Shown here: positions 1 through 8,412 of the stretch, piece by piece | Numbering within the stretch: the first letter of the stretch is position 1 | Layout: each line of letters begins with the position of its first letter | Assembly (NCBI RefSeq): GCF_000009045.1 | Contig: NC_000964.3 | Location: 2,400,001 to 2,432,000, forward strand | DNA from: Bacillus subtilis subsp. subtilis str. 168 | GTDB lineage: Bacteria; Bacillota; Bacilli; Bacillales; Bacillaceae | Direction of reading: 5' to 3' | DNA length: 32,000 bases | Notes under the pieces: model-generated | Told to the model about the DNA's origin: nothing | The model's input: only the letters and a program-made list of their open reading frames with translations | The model's database searches: none | Program-made: the position numbers and the translations under genes

Positions 1-69
1 ATTAATAAACGTCGTTATTGTAAAGGAAAAAAGGATGAGACATGCCATAATCGATCCTTTGGACTTCAT
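1..69 (-). CDS. sleB: 5' end (truncated by window edge) of spore cortex-lytic enzyme SleB; signal peptide MKSKGSIMACLILFSFTITTFIN
   Basis: Reverse complement reads AGTAGGAGGCTTGAAAAG-ATG followed by 23 open codons running off the window edge. The signal-peptide-like N-terminus matches B. subtilis SleB as remembered and the position next to prsW fits. It is too short for the ORF track. Confidence 0.85.
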   Translation of the reverse strand, partial: MKSKGSIMACLILFSFTITTFIN

Positions 70-178
70 CTTTTCAAGCCTCCTACTGCAAATTTTTAAG
101 TGTAATCGTATTTTCTGTAACGAGGTTATTTTTATACACTCTTTCCTTGTTATCCCTCAGAACATAAAAACTGCACAC

Positions 179-207
179 AAAAAAGCCGCACGGTTGCTGT
201 GCGGCTT
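179..207 (-). terminator. Rho-independent terminator of prsW
   Basis: Minus strand: GCCGCAC-AGCAACC-GTGCGGC followed by TTTTTT. The stem directly abuts the prsW stop codon. Confidence 0.85.
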
Positions 208-864
208 CTATACTTGCATCATATTAACGGAACGGGCTTTTTTCGCTTTACGCAAACCAAACCACCATAAAAATACCATAAATGGAAGCATATAATAAAT
301 CCAATTGCTAAGCGCTGTTAGGATAAAATCATATGATCCATGCAAAAGGGATGGGACAACTAAAGAAAGAGTAAGCCACTTTACACGCGCCTTATCAGCG
401 GAAAAACGGGCTTTTCCAAGGTAAAATCCCATTATAACGCCAATCAAGGCATGGCATGAAACAGGCAGCAGCGCCCTGACAAACGCATGCTCCACGCCGT
501 GGCCAATTAAATAAAGAATATTTTCGAGGGTTGCAAAACCGAGTGATACACTTGCACCGTACACAATCCCGTCATAATGCTCATCAAAGTGGGCGTGCGG
601 GTAAACACTGATCATCAGTATAAACCATTTTAATGATTCCTCCAAAAACCCCGAAGATAAAAAAGAAACGAAAAAGCTTCCGCCTCCTACATTCTCTTTT
701 TCAAGTACATACTGGATAAACATGATGGGAAATACAAGAACAACCCCGAGAAAAAACGACCGTAGCACCATATGTACAGGTTCATTATCATACTGATCTT
801 TTAAATAAAAATAACTTAATAACGCGATGCCGGGGGCAATTCCTGCAGAGATGATTGCAAACAT
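208..864 (-). CDS. prsW: Intramembrane protease PrsW (site-1 protease of anti-sigma factor RsiW)
   Basis: 218-aa multi-TM ORF with conserved FLEESLKW (EExxK-type) and late H motifs; upstream neighbour of sleB. Confidence 0.93.
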   Translation of the reverse strand: MFAIISAGIAPGIALLSYFYLKDQYDNEPVHMVLRSFFLGVVLVFPIMFIQYVLEKENVGGGSFFVSFLSSGFLEESLKWFILMISVYPHAHFDEHYDGIVYGASVSLGFATLENILYLIGHGVEHAFVRALLPVSCHALIGVIMGFYLGKARFSADKARVKWLTLSLVVPSLLHGSYDFILTALSNWIYYMLPFMVFLWWFGLRKAKKARSVNMMQV

Positions 865-944
865 CAGGCAACCTCTTTCCTTTATATTCCTACATCTATC
901 CTACCATGTTGTTTAAAATTTTACATCTGTCTGCACTTAAAAAA

Positions 945-976
945 ACAAAAAGAGCATACGAATGCATCATATGCTC
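945..976 (-). terminator. Rho-independent terminator of ypdA
   Basis: Minus strand: GAGCATA-TGATGCATTCG-TATGCTC then TTTTTGTTTTTTT. Confidence 0.75.
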
Positions 977-983
977 CTCATCT

Positions 984-1958
984 TTAATGGTTTTCTCTTT
1001 TGGCGATTTCCGCTGCGATATGCCCCCCGTGAAACCTGCCGTTTTCAATAAATATTTCATTTGCATTGTTTCCCGCAGCAATAACACCGGCAATAAAGAC
1101 ACCTTCAACGTTCGTTTCCATCGTTTCTTCGTTGAAAAATGGACGCCCTGTTTCTTTATCAATTTCAACACCAATTTTTTCAAGAAATTGATGATCGGGA
1201 TGATAGCCTGTCATGGCAAATACAAAATCATTTTTAATGGTAATGAGTTCTTTCTCTCCGGAGCGAAACACAACTTCATTCTCGGTGATTTTTTCGACAC
1301 AAGCTCCAAATTCCATACGGATTGTACCGTTTCTGACGAGAGCTTCAAATTCCGGCAGAATCCACGGCTTAATGCTCGGAGAATACTCATTGCCCCTATA
1401 TAAAACTGTGACACGCGCCCCAGATTTCACGAGTTCAAGGGCGGCGTCCACGCTTGAATTTTTCCCGCCGATGACAACAACATCTTTATCAAAATACGGG
1501 TGGCCTTCTTTAAAATAATGAAATACTTTCGGCAAATCCTCACCGGGTACGCCCATATAGTTTGGATGATCATAATAGCCTGTGGCGATGATACAATATG
1601 GCGTCGTGTAGGTCTCTTTTGACGTCTCAATAACGAATGTGTTATTTTGCGTTTTCGTCACTTTACGCACCATTTCAAACGCATTAACACGGATGTTTTT
1701 CCGTTTAACGACTTCCCGGTAATACGATAAAGCCTGAATTCTGACAGGCTTCCTGTTCTCTGTAATAAATGCCACATCTCCGATTTCGAGCTTTTCACTT
1801 GAACTGAAAAAGGTTTGATGCGTCGGGTAATTGTAAATACTGTTAACGACATTGCCTTTTTCGATGACGAGGGCATCAATGCCAATTTGTTTTAGGTGAA
1901 TGGCAGCAGATAGTCCACAAGGTCCTCCGCCTATAATAATTGCTTTTTCTTGAATCAT
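984..1958 (-). CDS. ypdA: FAD/NAD(P)-dependent pyridine nucleotide-disulfide oxidoreductase family, bacillithiol disulfide reductase Bdr/YpdA
   Basis: Rossmann motif IIIGGGPCGLSAA near the N-terminus and VVVIGGKNSSVDAALEL in the middle. The start was moved from 1988 to 1958 (MIQEKAIIIGGG) because GCAGGAG lies just upstream. Confidence 0.92.
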   Translation of the reverse strand: MIQEKAIIIGGGPCGLSAAIHLKQIGIDALVIEKGNVVNSIYNYPTHQTFFSSSEKLEIGDVAFITENRKPVRIQALSYYREVVKRKNIRVNAFEMVRKVTKTQNNTFVIETSKETYTTPYCIIATGYYDHPNYMGVPGEDLPKVFHYFKEGHPYFDKDVVVIGGKNSSVDAALELVKSGARVTVLYRGNEYSPSIKPWILPEFEALVRNGTIRMEFGACVEKITENEVVFRSGEKELITIKNDFVFAMTGYHPDHQFLEKIGVEIDKETGRPFFNEETMETNVEGVFIAGVIAAGNNANEIFIENGRFHGGHIAAEIAKRENH

Positions 1959-2010
1959 TTCTGTCAACTCCTGCGATTGGCATTTCACTTCATATTTTCT
2001 ATTTCCGAAT

Positions 2011-2052
2011 AAAAAAATCTCCTATTTTATCATAGGAGATTTTTTATTTTTA
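2011..2052 (-). terminator. Terminator of gudB
   Basis: ATCTCCTAT / ATAGGAGAT stem with A-tract and T-tract on the two sides, between the gudB stop and ypdA. Confidence 0.8.
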
Positions 2053-2066
2053 TGCAAATCATCAAC

Positions 2067-3350
2067 TTATATCCAGCCTCTAAAACGCGAAGCTTCAGCC
2101 ATTTTGCGAACGCCGACCATATATGCAGCGAGCCTCATGTCAATTCTTCGGTTGTTAGCCATTTCGTAAATATTGTTAAATGATTTGACCATCATTTTTT
2201 CTAATTTTTCTTCTACCTCTTCTTCACTCCAGTAGAAGCCTTGGTTATTCTGAACCCATTCAAAATAAGAAACTGTTACGCCACCGGCACTTGCCAGCAC
2301 GTCTGGTACAAGCAGAATGTCCCGGTCTGAAAGAATTTTTGTTCCTTCAAGCGTTGTTGGTCCGTTCGCTGCTTCAACGACAATTTTAGCCCGGATATTA
2401 TGGGCATTTTCTTCTGTAATTTGATTTTCAATCGCAGCAGGAACGAGAATATCACAATCCAGCTCCAGCAGCTCTTGGTTGGTAATGGTATCGTTGAAAA
2501 GCTTTGTTACGGTACCGAAGCTGTCGCGTCGGTCGAGTAAATAATCGATATCAAGGCCTTCCGGATCATAAAGTCCGCCATACGCATCTGAGATGCCGAC
2601 AACTTTTGCCCCCGCATCATGCATAAATTTTGCCAAATAGCTTCCCGCGTTTCCGAAGCCTTGGACAACGACACGCGCACCTTTAATATCGATGCCTCTC
2701 TTCTTAGCCGCTTCTTTAATACAGATGGTAACACCTTTTGCTGTCGCAGATTCTCTCCCGTGAGATCCGCCAAGCACAAGCGGTTTGCCTGTAATAAATC
2801 CAGGCGAATTAAATTCATCAATTCTTGAATACTCATCCATCATCCAAGCCATGATTTGTGAGTTTGTAAATACATCCGGTGCCGGCACGTCTTTTGTCGG
2901 GCCGACAATTTGGCTGATCGCTCTGACATACCCTCTGCTCAGACGCTCCAGCTCTCTAAACGACATATCCCTTGGATCACAAACAATTCCGCCTTTACCA
3001 CCGCCATATGGAAGATCAATTATGCCGCATTTTAAACTCATCCAAATTGAAAGCGCCTTCACCGCCTTCACCTCTTTTTCTGTTACGTTCGGGTGAAAAC
3101 GTATCCCGCCTTTCGTTGGACCGACAGAGTCATTGTGCTGCGCACGATATCCTGTGAAAATCTTTACTGAACCGTCGTCCATACGAACAGGTATTTTTAC
3201 CGTTAATAATCTCATCGGCTCTTTTAACAATTCGTATACCTCTTCGGGATATCCCAATTTTTCCAGAGCCTTATGTATTACGGTTTGGGTTGATTTTAAT
3301 ACATCAAGTTTGTCCTCTTCTGTATGACCGGTGTTTCGATCGGCTGCCAT
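2067..3350 (-). CDS. gudB: NAD-dependent glutamate dehydrogenase GudB, cryptic allele carrying an in-frame 9-bp duplication (VKAVKA)
   Basis: 427-aa Glu dehydrogenase (KGGIRFHP, PYGGGKGG, GFGNAGSYLAK motifs). AGGAGG RBS before the start. Duplication at 3054-3071 gives EKEVKAVKALSIW. Confidence 0.96.
   Translation of the reverse strand: MAADRNTGHTEEDKLDVLKSTQTVIHKALEKLGYPEEVYELLKEPMRLLTVKIPVRMDDGSVKIFTGYRAQHNDSVGPTKGGIRFHPNVTEKEVKAVKALSIWMSLKCGIIDLPYGGGKGGIVCDPRDMSFRELERLSRGYVRAISQIVGPTKDVPAPDVFTNSQIMAWMMDEYSRIDEFNSPGFITGKPLVLGGSHGRESATAKGVTICIKEAAKKRGIDIKGARVVVQGFGNAGSYLAKFMHDAGAKVVGISDAYGGLYDPEGLDIDYLLDRRDSFGTVTKLFNDTITNQELLELDCDILVPAAIENQITEENAHNIRAKIVVEAANGPTTLEGTKILSDRDILLVPDVLASAGGVTVSYFEWVQNNQGFYWSEEEVEEKLEKMMVKSFNNIYEMANNRRIDMRLAAYMVGVRKMAEASRFRGWI
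3054..3071 (-). repeat. Perfect 9-bp tandem direct repeat (GTGAAGGCG x2 on the coding strand) inside gudB
   Basis: Plus strand reads CGCCTTCAC CGCCTTCAC. Confidence 0.97.
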
Positions 3351-3404
3351 TTGAGTTAACCTCCTAGAATCTTCTGTTTCTCACATGCTCCCTTTCAGAG
3401 AATA

Positions 3405-3433
3405 GTATACACCTTCATATGATCTGTGCATAG
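3405..3433 (-). promoter_or_regulatory. Candidate SigA promoter of gudB
   Basis: TATACT -10 (plus-strand AGTATA 3405-3410); the -35 at 17-nt spacing (TATGCA) is weak. Confidence 0.45.
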
Positions 3434-3465
3434 AATAAACGTTATGTTTTTCCATGTTTTTTAAC

Positions 3466-3494
3466 GAAAAAAAACTGCTGAAATCAGCAGTTTT
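3466..3494 (-). terminator. Terminator of mecB/ypbH
   Basis: Minus strand AACTGCTGA-TT-TCAGCAGTT followed by TTTTTT. Confidence 0.8.
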
Positions 3495-3505
3495 CCGTTG
3501 CATTC

Positions 3506-4090
3506 TTATGAAAAATGAGTTTGTATCGTTTCTACGGCATTACCGTCCATAATGAGCTTACCATACTCTTGCAGGCGATAAATCGTTAAAGTTGTCGGAT
3601 TGCCGTATTCAGCCAGAACCGCCACAACCCCTTCAGCCGTATGTGACCCTAGATCTTCAAGGCTTAAAAAGTACTGCCCGTCATAGTGGTAGACAGTTCC
3701 CCCTGTGATACCGATTCGCTGTAAGCTTTCTGAAAGCTGAATGATATCTTCAAAGGAATGGAATTGATATATGATGTCCGCGCTTTCATCAAGCTTGACT
3801 TGCATTTCGATGTAATCATCATCATACTCATCGTCTTCTGAATCGGCGTCTTGGTTCTTTGTTACAATCACGACCATCCCTTGTGCTTGGAGAGAATACA
3901 CTTCCACTGCAATCGGTCCATTCGCTTCAAAGCCGAGCTCTGTATTTGCTTCATTCATCATATCTTTAAATAACTGGTGGACTTTAAATGAGTCCTTCCA
4001 GAGGTCTTCTTTTGTCAATCCCCGGTCTGTCAAATCATCGAGGGTTAAAAAGATTTTGATCTTATTATAATTCAGACGCTCAAGCCGCAT
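3506..4090 (-). CDS. mecB: MecA paralogue, adaptor protein MecB/YpbH (ClpC adaptor)
   Basis: MRLERLNYNKIKIFLTLDDLTDRG N-terminus typical of MecA-family adaptors, with an acidic linker (DADSEDDEYDDDY). Start corrected from 4135 to 4090 (GGAGGG RBS). Confidence 0.92.
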   Translation of the reverse strand: MRLERLNYNKIKIFLTLDDLTDRGLTKEDLWKDSFKVHQLFKDMMNEANTELGFEANGPIAVEVYSLQAQGMVVIVTKNQDADSEDDEYDDDYIEMQVKLDESADIIYQFHSFEDIIQLSESLQRIGITGGTVYHYDGQYFLSLEDLGSHTAEGVVAVLAEYGNPTTLTIYRLQEYGKLIMDGNAVETIQTHFS

Positions 4091-4133
4091 AACGTTCCCT
4101 CCTGCCTCTACTTGCACACAAATCATATAACAC

Positions 4134-4139
4134 ATTATA
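4134..4139 (-). promoter_or_regulatory. Candidate -10 box (TATAAT) for mecB; no good -35
   Basis: Perfect TATAAT on the minus strand 44 nt upstream of the mecB start. Confidence 0.4.
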
Positions 4140-4248
4140 TGAGATGATGAGTCATAGGTTCTTAATTGTTATCAGTTTACACTGAGTTCACTAGTAAGAC
4201 AAGCACAATGCAGTTTTTATTGCCATACGGATTTTTGCTTTTTAGAAG

Positions 4249-5028
4249 TTATTCTGGCCCGCAAAGAGTCACAATGTGAGTTTCAGGCTCAGCACCTAAA
4301 CGAAGAGGCACTTTTGTCGTGCCGTAGCCGTTGCTGATCAGATATGCCGCGTTTTTAACAATACCTGTTTTCCCCAGTTCATAAGGACCGAATTTTCCAA
4401 ACCTGATCTGGCCTCCATGGGTATGTCCGCTGAGTATCACATCAATACCGTCATCTTCATTGATTTGTTCATGAATCTCCGGATTATGGCAAACCAGAAT
4501 ATTCAGCTGGCTTTCATCAAGTTCTTTGATGGCTTCCTCATAATGATCCATCTCCATCCTGATATCATCAACCCCCGCAATCGCAATCGTATGCCCATTG
4601 TATGAAAACGGGACTGACTCATTTCTCAGAGTGATGACGCCGTGCGCTTTAAATATGGAATACAGCTTATGCTGCCTGACTTCATAATCATTATTCCCCC
4701 ACACAAACACGATAGGGACCCCGAAATGTACGAGCCTTTTGATGTTTTCCTCGATTCTCGCACTGGGCACCCCGCCCTCAGCTAAATCACCGCCGATTAT
4801 AACCAAGTGGGGGGCATGGCTTCGCGCTTTTTCTAAAAGGTCTTGATCGATGAGACGTTTGTGAATGTCTGAAATAAAAAAGATTGTCAGAGGCGGCTTG
4901 CCCTTCATCTTTGATAAAGGAAACGTATGTGTCTTCAAATGATTGCCTTTTGCTGTTGCATACATTTTTGCCGTCATTGCCGCTGCCGCAACAGTTAGTA
5001 CACCGGCAATTTTCACTGATAGCTTCAT
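4249..5028 (-). CDS. ypbG: Calcineurin-like metallophosphoesterase YpbG (membrane-anchored N-terminus)
   Basis: Motifs FISDIHK, GGDLAEG, GNND, GHTHGGQ. Start corrected from 5073 to 5028 (GGAGAG RBS; MKLSVKIAGVLTVAAAAM signal anchor). Confidence 0.9.
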   Translation of the reverse strand: MKLSVKIAGVLTVAAAAMTAKMYATAKGNHLKTHTFPLSKMKGKPPLTIFFISDIHKRLIDQDLLEKARSHAPHLVIIGGDLAEGGVPSARIEENIKRLVHFGVPIVFVWGNNDYEVRQHKLYSIFKAHGVITLRNESVPFSYNGHTIAIAGVDDIRMEMDHYEEAIKELDESQLNILVCHNPEIHEQINEDDGIDVILSGHTHGGQIRFGKFGPYELGKTGIVKNAAYLISNGYGTTKVPLRLGAEPETHIVTLCGPE

Positions 5029-5073
5029 AAAAAACTCTCCATTCTTTTTAGAACTTATCAATAAGACGGACAA

Positions 5074-5109
5074 TAAAAAAAGACGTTTCTATCGTTTGAG
5101 AAAACGCCC
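5074..5109 (-). terminator. Terminator of ypbF
   Basis: Minus strand GGCGTTT-TCTCAAACGATAG-AAACGTC followed by TTTTTTT. Confidence 0.65.
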
Positions 5110-5113
5110 CATT

Positions 5114-5557
5114 TTATTTACTTTCAAAATATAGATTAATGTCATATTTGTGCTTCATCATATGAAAAACAGACTCTCTCGCCTTCCATTTATCGGGCTG
5201 CGGCCAGAGATCAGTGCTTTTCTGAATAATTTCACATCTCAGTTTATGGAAATCAGTCTCGGATTTTTCTTCCTTTTTCTTGAAATAATATGAAGTGCAG
5301 TAGGCAAAAGCGGTTGCCAGCATCCAAAATAAATAAAAGGTATGGCTAAGTATTTCTTGAAGTATAAGCTGAGGCTCCGGGCTTTTGATCATGATCATAA
5401 CACATAATAAGCCTAGGCAGATAAGTGAAGCCCATCGCCATCTGCGGCATTGTGCTGCATAATTTTCGAATTTTTGTTTTCGTTTTACCAGCGCTTGGAG
5501 CATCTGTTTGGTCGGCGCGTCTGTAAACTGATCCAGCTGATTCCATAAGGATTCCAT
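5114..5557 (-). CDS. ypbF: Conserved membrane protein YpbF
   Basis: 147-aa ORF with two TM segments; located between ypbE and ypbG. Start could be the GTG at 5566 or the ATG at 5557. Confidence 0.8.
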   Translation of the reverse strand: MESLWNQLDQFTDAPTKQMLQALVKRKQKFENYAAQCRRWRWASLICLGLLCVMIMIKSPEPQLILQEILSHTFYLFWMLATAFAYCTSYYFKKKEEKSETDFHKLRCEIIQKSTDLWPQPDKWKARESVFHMMKHKYDINLYFESK

Positions 5558-5619
5558 ACGCTTCACACCTTGTCCATTTTCATTGCTACAATATATGAAC
5601 GTAAAATAAAAATAATACC

Positions 5620-6342
5620 CTATTCATCCATTAAAGGGATGTCCAAAACTTGTCCGGTGTAAACATCATTTCCATTCAGATGATTATATGCTCGAATTTT
5701 TTCTTCTCCTGTCCGGCTTTTATAATACTTCATGGAAATGCGGTATAGCGTTTCTTTCTTTTGGACGGTGTGCTTGACAACGCGATTCGGCACATTTTGA
5801 ACTGGCTCAGCTGGCTGTTCTTGCTGTTGTACTGTTGATTGGGAAGAGGAAGCAGCCGCGGCGGTTGCTTCCTCCTTATTTGGCGAGTCTTCTTTTTCCG
5901 CTACAGCAGTCTGTTTCTTATCAGCAGCTGTTTGCTCTTTTGGCTTGGAATCTTCTGGCTCTTTTTTTGACTCCTTCTGCAGTGCGGTTTCTTTAGTGTC
6001 TGCGGTATCGTTTTTATCCTCTGATTTCGGGACAACCTCATATTTGCTTTGGCTGCTGTCAATAAAAACATCTTCATAATCGTCATGATTATCCGGGTGG
6101 CTCTTTAGATAAAATAAGGTGACTAAAACGATAACCGGCACAAATACAAATATTACTGCGAGTACTGTGAATAATGGCGTTTTTGTTTTGCCTTGCTTTT
6201 TTTTCTGTTCTCTTTGATTTTTTACAGATTGTCTTGTCGGAAGGCTTTCTCCATCATCGACATAATCGTCCGCCAATGCGGCGTTTTGATCTTCATAAAG
6301 ATTCTGGGCTTTTCTTCTCTCTACTCTCGACATGTTCGTCAT
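5620..6342 (-). CDS. ypbE: LysM-domain protein YpbE with single TM and long low-complexity Lys/Glu/Gln-rich linker
   Basis: C-terminal LysM (HTVQKKETLYRISMKYYK...HLNGNDVYTGQVLDIP), TM segment VLAVIFVFVPVIVLVTLFYL. Confidence 0.88.
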   Translation of the reverse strand: MTNMSRVERRKAQNLYEDQNAALADDYVDDGESLPTRQSVKNQREQKKKQGKTKTPLFTVLAVIFVFVPVIVLVTLFYLKSHPDNHDDYEDVFIDSSQSKYEVVPKSEDKNDTADTKETALQKESKKEPEDSKPKEQTAADKKQTAVAEKEDSPNKEEATAAAASSSQSTVQQQEQPAEPVQNVPNRVVKHTVQKKETLYRISMKYYKSRTGEEKIRAYNHLNGNDVYTGQVLDIPLMDE

Positions 6343-6895
6343 GTTTATCCCTCCTCACATGTTCAAAACGAATCTGACAGGCAAACACGGCATCAATGAT
6401 AAAATGCGCCGTCATCGGAACAAATAAGTTGCCGGTCCATTCATACATCAGACCGAGCAAAAAGCTGATTGCTGTCACCATAATAAATAACAGCCATTTT
6501 GACAAATACCGAAAGTGCAGAGCGGCAAATATAAGGCTGGCCGTCCATAAACCGATATGAGTCTGCAGCACTCCTCTGAATAACATTTCTTCCGCGAAAG
6601 CAATCAGAAGCGTTAAAAATATAATATGAGGGATTGACCTCTTACTGAATATTTTTTTATTGATTCCGCCGTCATCATATAAATGAGACGGAAACCATTT
6701 CATTACTGCCATATCGGCTAAAATAACAATAACAGCTATAGAAACACCATACCAGATGATTCGCATATCGCGAATGTCCCAGAGCTTTAATACGTCCCGT
6801 ACATCCTCAAAAAAGAACAGTCCTGCTGCAGCAGCGGCAAAGATGATGAGTAGCTGCGTCAAATATAACTGCTTCAGCATATCATGGTCAGTCAT
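6293..6895 (-). CDS. ypbD: CPBP/Abi-type (CAAX-protease-like) membrane protein YpbD
   Basis: FAEEMLFRGVLQ, SLIFAALHF and FLLGLMYEWTGNLFVPMTAHFI motifs. The exact start is uncertain (an alternative Met five codons downstream at 6880). Overlaps ypbE by 50 bp. Confidence 0.83.
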   Translation of the reverse strand: MTDHDMLKQLYLTQLLIIFAAAAAGLFFFEDVRDVLKLWDIRDMRIIWYGVSIAVIVILADMAVMKWFPSHLYDDGGINKKIFSKRSIPHIIFLTLLIAFAEEMLFRGVLQTHIGLWTASLIFAALHFRYLSKWLLFIMVTAISFLLGLMYEWTGNLFVPMTAHFIIDAVFACQIRFEHVRRDKHDEHVESREKKSPESL

Positions 6896-6921
6896 ATGCT
6901 GAATATAATCTTTTTGCTGTT

Positions 6922-8412
6922 TCAGTTCAGCTCACCTACAGTCTGCAAGCTGAATATCCGGTGCAATTCCGAACTCCAGCTGTCTAATGGCGCCATTTTA
7001 CTCCGTTCCCCTTTTTGTTCATACAAGGATAAATCAAAACCGCAATGTGAACAGCACGGGAGGTTTCCGTCATCAGGCTCGTATGATTCATCAAAGTAGG
7101 TTAACAGTGCCTGCCTTAAACAGCCGTCACGCTGAAGCAAAAATGATACACGGTGCATTTTTTCCAGCTTCAGCTCCATGCGATATGAAATTTCTTTCTT
7201 CATCAGTTCAACTGATGTTTTTCCCTGCATAAAGAGATGAATCATCATACGGGCCTGTGTCTCTCCGACGCCATACTGAAGTAATACGTCACGCAGCCTT
7301 CTCTCATCCCGCTCCTCCGTCTTCTCTAGCACACGGATTACGTCGGCGATTTCTTCAGCTGTGACACTCTCCATCTGGATAATTTGTTCCTGCAATTCAA
7401 AATCCCCTGGCGCCCGCAGCAAAATGCTGACACTCGGCTTTCCGTCGCGTCCCGCTCTGCCGATTTCCTGCATAAAAGCTTCTGCCGTCTGCGGGAGATG
7501 AAAATGAATCACATATCTGATATCAGGTTTATCGACACCCATTCCAAACGCATTCGTACAACATATCACATCAAGCTGGTTATGAATAAACTGCTGCTGA
7601 ATTAAAATCCTGTCCCCTGACTCCAAACCGCCATGGTAAAAGTCGGCTCTGCTGCTCGTTTTGCTTTTAATTTCACCCGCTAATTCCTTAGCCCATTTCC
7701 GTGTTGGACAATAAACAATTCCCGGACCTTGCAGGTTTTCAACCAGCTGAATGACCCTATCTATTTTTTCGGCAGTATCCGCCGCATTTTCAACCCTCAG
7801 TGCGATGTTTGGGCGGTTGACTGAGTTGAGATGGCGTACAGCATGCTGCAGCTCCAGCAGGTTCATGACATCTTGCAGCGTTTCCTTTGTAGCCGTGGCG
7901 GTCAATGCCAGAACGGGTGGGTGTCCAAGTTTTTTTCTCAGCTGTCCGAGCTTTGAATAATCAGGCCTGAAGTCGTGTCCCCATTCAGAAATACAATGCG
8001 CTTCGTCAATAACAAATAGGCTAATCGGAACGCTTTTCAATTTTTCCAATACATATGGAGACTGTAAAGCTTCAGGAGACAAGTACAAAAATTTATATCG
8101 ATGAATATGTTCTAAAACAAATTGTCTTTCCTGCCTGTTAAGCATGCTGTTCAAAGCTGCAGCACGCTTTTCCCCCCGGGCTTTGAGCTGCTGCACCTGA
8201 TCCTCCATTAAAGAAAGCAGTGGAGAAACGATTAATACCATGCCATCAAGCATATAACCAGGCAGCTGGTAGCAAAGCGATTTCCCTCCCCCAGTCGGGA
8301 GCATTGCAATGGTATCCTTCCCGCTGAGTATGCTTTCAATAATGTCCTGCTGCCCTTTTTTAAAGGAAGTAAAACCAAAAAACTGATATAACGTTTGCTG
8401 TAATTTAGTCAT
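6922..8412 (-). CDS. recS: ATP-dependent DNA helicase, RecQ family (RecS/YpbC)
   Basis: Walker A MLPTGGGKSLCYQ, DEAH box (VIDEAHCISEWGHDFRPDY), QEIGRAGRDG, Zn-binding Cys cluster; 496 aa. Confidence 0.92.
   Translation of the reverse strand: MTKLQQTLYQFFGFTSFKKGQQDIIESILSGKDTIAMLPTGGGKSLCYQLPGYMLDGMVLIVSPLLSLMEDQVQQLKARGEKRAAALNSMLNRQERQFVLEHIHRYKFLYLSPEALQSPYVLEKLKSVPISLFVIDEAHCISEWGHDFRPDYSKLGQLRKKLGHPPVLALTATATKETLQDVMNLLELQHAVRHLNSVNRPNIALRVENAADTAEKIDRVIQLVENLQGPGIVYCPTRKWAKELAGEIKSKTSSRADFYHGGLESGDRILIQQQFIHNQLDVICCTNAFGMGVDKPDIRYVIHFHLPQTAEAFMQEIGRAGRDGKPSVSILLRAPGDFELQEQIIQMESVTAEEIADVIRVLEKTEERDERRLRDVLLQYGVGETQARMMIHLFMQGKTSVELMKKEISYRMELKLEKMHRVSFLLQRDGCLRQALLTYFDESYEPDDGNLPCCSHCGFDLSLYEQKGERSKMAPLDSWSSELHRIFSLQTVGELN

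Noticed and set aside
35-295. 86-aa plus-strand ORF at left edge
   Set aside because: Antisense to the sleB start, the prsW terminator and the prsW 3' end.
855-1403. 182-aa plus-strand ORF
   Set aside because: Fully antisense to ypdA, no RBS, low-complexity codon shadow; ypdA has clear family motifs.
6293-6895. YpbD as an abortive infection (Abi) defence protein
   Set aside because: The CPBP/Abi family name alone does not support a defence role. Context is a housekeeping cluster with no mobile or defence genes nearby.
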